A DNA stretch of 64,000 bases. Source: an uncultured Planctomycetales bacterium (GTDB lineage: Bacteria; Omnitrophota; Gorgyraeia; Zapsychrales; JAHFFX01). Each line of letters opens with the position of its first letter. Positions within the stretch are counted from its first letter, which is position 1. Below are positions 60,762-64,000 of the stretch, piece by piece. The stretch is from the NCBI GenBank assembly GCA_964612665.1, contig CAZTCI010000001.1, forward strand, positions 712,624 through 776,623. The letters run 5' to 3'. Position numbers and translations under genes: made by a program. Under the pieces are notes generated by a model, which did no database searches, was not told where the DNA came from, and saw only the letters and a program-made list of their open reading frames with translations.

Positions 60762-62339
60762 ATGAACCAAGAACTCAGCATTTTGATGAAAAGCATTCTT
60801 TACTTTGTTGTGGTTGTGGGATCATTTCTTACAGGTTACGGCCTGCGATGGTTTTTCGCCGGCAAGCGGATCCGTTCAGCTGAAGAAAAAGCCAAGGCCT
60901 TGACCGAGTCTGCTGAGAGAGAGGCGGAAAACCGTAAAAAAGAAGCAGAAATCATGGCCAAGGATTTAATGATTAAACTGCGCCAAGATTTTGAAAAAGA
61001 AACAAAAGATAGACGTGAAGAAGTTTTAACCGCCGAAAAACGCATTCAGCAAAAAGAAGAAAACATAGAGAAGCGCGTGGAGCTTTTAGAAAAGAAAGAA
61101 AAAGACATTAATGGACGCATCAACGCTTTGCATAACGATGAAATCGGCATGAAGCAGAAAAAGGATGCATTGGAGCAACTTTTGCAGGAAGAAAAGAAGC
61201 GTTTGCAGACGATTGCCAATTTGACCGAGGAGGAAGCGAAAAAACTTCTCTTATCAAGATTAGATGAAGAAATTGTTCAAGAAAAAGCCATGCGTTTGCG
61301 AAAACTTGAAGAAGACGTTAAAGAAGGTTCCGAAAAAAAAGCCCGCCAAATTATCAGCACCGCCATCCAGCGATGTGCCTCTGATCATACCGCCGAAACA
61401 ACTGTTAGTGTTGTCGCACTTCCCAGTGATGAAATGAAAGGCCGTATCATTGGCCGCGAAGGGCGGAATATTCGGGCGCTTGAAACTGCGACGGGCGTTG
61501 ACATTATTATTGATGACACGCCGGAAGCGGTCACGATTTCAGGGTTTGATATGATTCGCCGTGAAGTTGCCCGCATCGCGCTTGAAAATCTGGTCGCCGA
61601 CGGACGCATTCATCCCGGGCGGATTGAAGAAGTTGTAGAAAAAGCTAAAAAGGAAATGGAAGAAAAAATTAAGGAAGAAGGCGAACGAGCGGCGTTTGAT
61701 TTAGGGATTCATGGAATGCATCCAGAACTTTTAAAGCTCGTCGGAAAATTAAAATACCGAACAAGCTTTGGACAAAATGCTCTGCAGCATACGAAAGAAG
61801 TAGCGTTTTTAATCGGCGTCATGGCCTCGCAGTTAGGTCTGGATCCGAAAGTCGCCATGCGCGCCGGAATTCTTCATGACATTGGTAAAGTGGTCGGGCA
61901 GGATGTAGAAGAAGGAACACATGCAATCGTCGGGGCAAATTTAGCCCGTAAGTATGGCGAATCTGAGGAAGTCGCGAAAGCGGTTGAATCGCATCATGAA
62001 GAAGTTGAAATGAGTACGCTTTATGGTGTTTTGGTTTGCGCGGCGGACGCGATTAGTGCCGCCCGTCCTGGGGCGCGGGCTGAGACGCTTGAAACTTATG
62101 TTAAGCGTTTAGAAAATCTAGAAGCGATAGCCAATGCTTTTAAAGGTGTTGAAAAGGCATTTGCCTTACAAGCCGGCCGTGAAGTCCGTATTATTGTTGA
62201 TCCAGCCAAGGTCAACGACGATGAAGCGATTGTGATGGCGCGCGATATTCGGAAGAAAGTTGAAGAGGAAATGGAATATCCGGGCCACATTAAAGTCATT
62301 GTAATCCGTGAAACGCGGGCCGTGGAATACGCTAAGTAG
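60762..62339 (+). CDS. rny: ribonuclease Y
   Basis: N-terminal TM, coiled coil, KH ([15 protein letters not shown]), HD (HDIGK). Confidence 0.9.
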   Translation: MNQELSILMKSILYFVVVVGSFLTGYGLRWFFAGKRIRSAEEKAKALTESAEREAENRKKEAEIMAKDLMIKLRQDFEKETKDRREEVLTAEKRIQQKEENIEKRVELLEKKEKDINGRINALHNDEIGMKQKKDALEQLLQEEKKRLQTIANLTEEEAKKLLLSRLDEEIVQEKAMRLRKLEEDVKEGSEKKARQIISTAIQRCASDHTAETTVSVVALPSDEMKGRIIGREGRNIRALETATGVDIIIDDTPEAVTISGFDMIRREVARIALENLVADGRIHPGRIEEVVEKAKKEMEEKIKEEGERAAFDLGIHGMHPELLKLVGKLKYRTSFGQNALQHTKEVAFLIGVMASQLGLDPKVAMRAGILHDIGKVVGQDVEEGTHAIVGANLARKYGESEEVAKAVESHHEEVEMSTLYGVLVCAADAISAARPGARAETLETYVKRLENLEAIANAFKGVEKAFALQAGREVRIIVDPAKVNDDEAIVMARDIRKKVEEEMEYPGHIKVIVIRETRAVEYAK

Positions 62340-62358
62340 GTCTTAAAGGGATAAATGG

Positions 62359-62428
62359 CGTTCGTTTTTCGTCGTTCGTGGAATTCGTTCTTTAAAAAAA
62401 CGAATTCCACGAACGAACGAAAGCACGA
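62359..62428 (+). other. long (~16+ bp perfect, ~35 bp extended) hairpin between rny and ymdB
   Basis: tcgttcgtggaattcgtt - ctttaaaaaaa - aacgaattccacgaacga, with flanking complementary cgttcgtttttcgtcg / cgacgaaaaa. Confidence 0.55.
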
Positions 62429-62446
62429 ACGACGAAAAAGGTTCGA

Positions 62447-63232
62447 ATGAAAATCCTTTGCATCGGTGATATCGTCGGCCGTCCTGGCCGCGAAGCGGTT
62501 GAAAAGCTTTTACCATCTTTGCGCAAAGAATTTGCTTTAGATGTCGTGATTGCCAACGCCGAAAATTCAGCAGGCGGCTCCGGCGTGACAGCGCGCACCG
62601 CCTATGAACTTTTTAATTTAGGCTGTGATATCTTAACGACTGGAGATCACGTTTGGGACAAGAGCGATGTCCGAGAACTCTTGGAACAAACGCCAAATAT
62701 CGTCCGGCCTGCGAATTTTCCTGAAGGCGCTCCCGGCGCCGGCTTTTATATCTGTACAACACAAAAAGGAAAGAAAATTGGCGTAATTAATCTTTTGGGC
62801 CGTACCTTTATGCGTTATAATGTGACTTGTCCTTTCCGGGGATTGACGTCGCTTGCGGAAAAAATTCGTCAACAGACGCCTGTGATCGTCGTGGACATGC
62901 ATGCCGAGACAACCAGCGAGAAAGTGGCGATTGGATTTTATGCGGATGGTAAAGTCTCCGCGGTCGTCGGAACACACACACACATTCAAACCGCAGATGA
63001 AAGAATTCTTCCTAACGGCACCGGATACATTACTGATTTAGGTATGACCGGACCTTATGATTCAGTTATCGGCCAGAATAAAGAAAAAATTATTGAACGT
63101 TTTTTAACGTCATTGCCCGTCAAATTCGAAGTGGCCGCCGAAAATATACAACTGCATGGAGTCGTCTTAACAATTGATGAAACGACTGGAAAAACTAAAG
63201 AGATTATAAGAGTACAAAGGAGGATTCCATGA
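62447..63232 (+). CDS. ymdB: YmdB-family metallophosphoesterase (2',3'-cyclic-nucleotide phosphodiesterase)
   Basis: MKILCIGDIVGRPGR… TIGR00282 pattern; conserved rny-ymdB pair. Confidence 0.85.
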   Translation: MKILCIGDIVGRPGREAVEKLLPSLRKEFALDVVIANAENSAGGSGVTARTAYELFNLGCDILTTGDHVWDKSDVRELLEQTPNIVRPANFPEGAPGAGFYICTTQKGKKIGVINLLGRTFMRYNVTCPFRGLTSLAEKIRQQTPVIVVDMHAETTSEKVAIGFYADGKVSAVVGTHTHIQTADERILPNGTGYITDLGMTGPYDSVIGQNKEKIIERFLTSLPVKFEVAAENIQLHGVVLTIDETTGKTKEIIRVQRRIP

Positions 63233-63624
63233 CAAGTTGGGATGGATTAAATCGAAGAAAATTTCCACGGGCATCGTATCCGTGTTTAATAACCATCCGT
63301 CACGAACTGGGTGAAAAAGAATCCCTGTTAACCCATACCGAAAATGTAGGCATCGGCGGTGTTTGTGTTATTCTTAATAAAAGTTTGAAGCTTTTCACTC
63401 CAGTCGATCTGCAAATTGATCTTTTAGACGGAGCTGAACATGTCATGTGCCAGGGAAAAATTGTCTGGTCCATCCGCCGGAAAGTTGATGAAAAAAAGAA
63501 GCCGCTCTTTTATGATATGGGAATTGAATTTGCCGGCATGAATGAAAAAGACAAAAATCATTTGGAAACTGTTTTGCGCCGTTTATTAAAAACTAACCAA
63601 ACAACCATCCCCTCCCCCATCTAA
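63229..63624 (+). CDS. PilZ-domain (c-di-GMP-binding) protein
   Basis: RRKFPR … D/ENVGIGGV PilZ motifs (RxxxR and D/NxSxxG). Confidence 0.65.
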   Translation: MTSWDGLNRRKFPRASYPCLITIRHELGEKESLLTHTENVGIGGVCVILNKSLKLFTPVDLQIDLLDGAEHVMCQGKIVWSIRRKVDEKKKPLFYDMGIEFAGMNEKDKNHLETVLRRLLKTNQTTIPSPI

Positions 63625-63639
63625 ATTTATTCATCTTAA

Positions 63640-64000
<361 letters not shown>

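Overview
Within this 64-kb window (moderate GC, AT-rich spacers), the first ~33 kb is one contiguous minus-strand accessory locus, and the remainder (32.9-64 kb) is ordinary origin-proximal housekeeping DNA. The accessory locus looks like an atypical, probably undescribed, Tad/Flp-type pilus or surface-appendage system. It contains tadB- and tadC-like platform genes, a fused tadZ(cpaE)-tadA(cpaF) ATPase gene, cpaB, and a secretin carrying two C-terminal TonB-C domains. It also contains an embedded lipoprotein PPIase and at least nine unusually long Flp-motif (G/A-XXXX-EY) pilin paralogs. Three large cysteine-rich secreted or membrane proteins (348, 817 and 943 aa) sit among them. At the window edge is a giant ORF of more than 3078 aa, truncated at the window start, whose N-terminus is a membrane-anchored papain-like C39-like peptidase domain. 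An Avd-like four-helix-bundle gene, an AT-rich ORFan with an N-terminal HTH, duplicated promoter-like repeat elements and several palindromes are embedded in the locus. No prepilin peptidase (tadV/cpaA) is visible. The housekeeping section runs mdh, mazEF toxin-antitoxin, C-N hydrolase, GST, tRNA-Glu, then gyrA-gyrB-DUF721-dnaN-dnaA on the minus strand. After a bipartite oriC with DnaA boxes comes rpmH-yidD-yidC-jag(N-domain only)-parA-parB-ndk-yicC-gmk-rpoZ-coaC. A tRNA cluster follows (Cys, Leu, a decayed Val-like copy, Val), then thrS-infC-rpmI-rplT, pheST, rarA, MTHFS, rny-ymdB-pilZ and the 5' end of gltX. CDS coordinates follow the supplied ORF track, with real starts adjusted where the track's upstream extension is clearly wrong. 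Coordinates of non-CDS features were read from the sequence lines and may be off by a few nucleotides.
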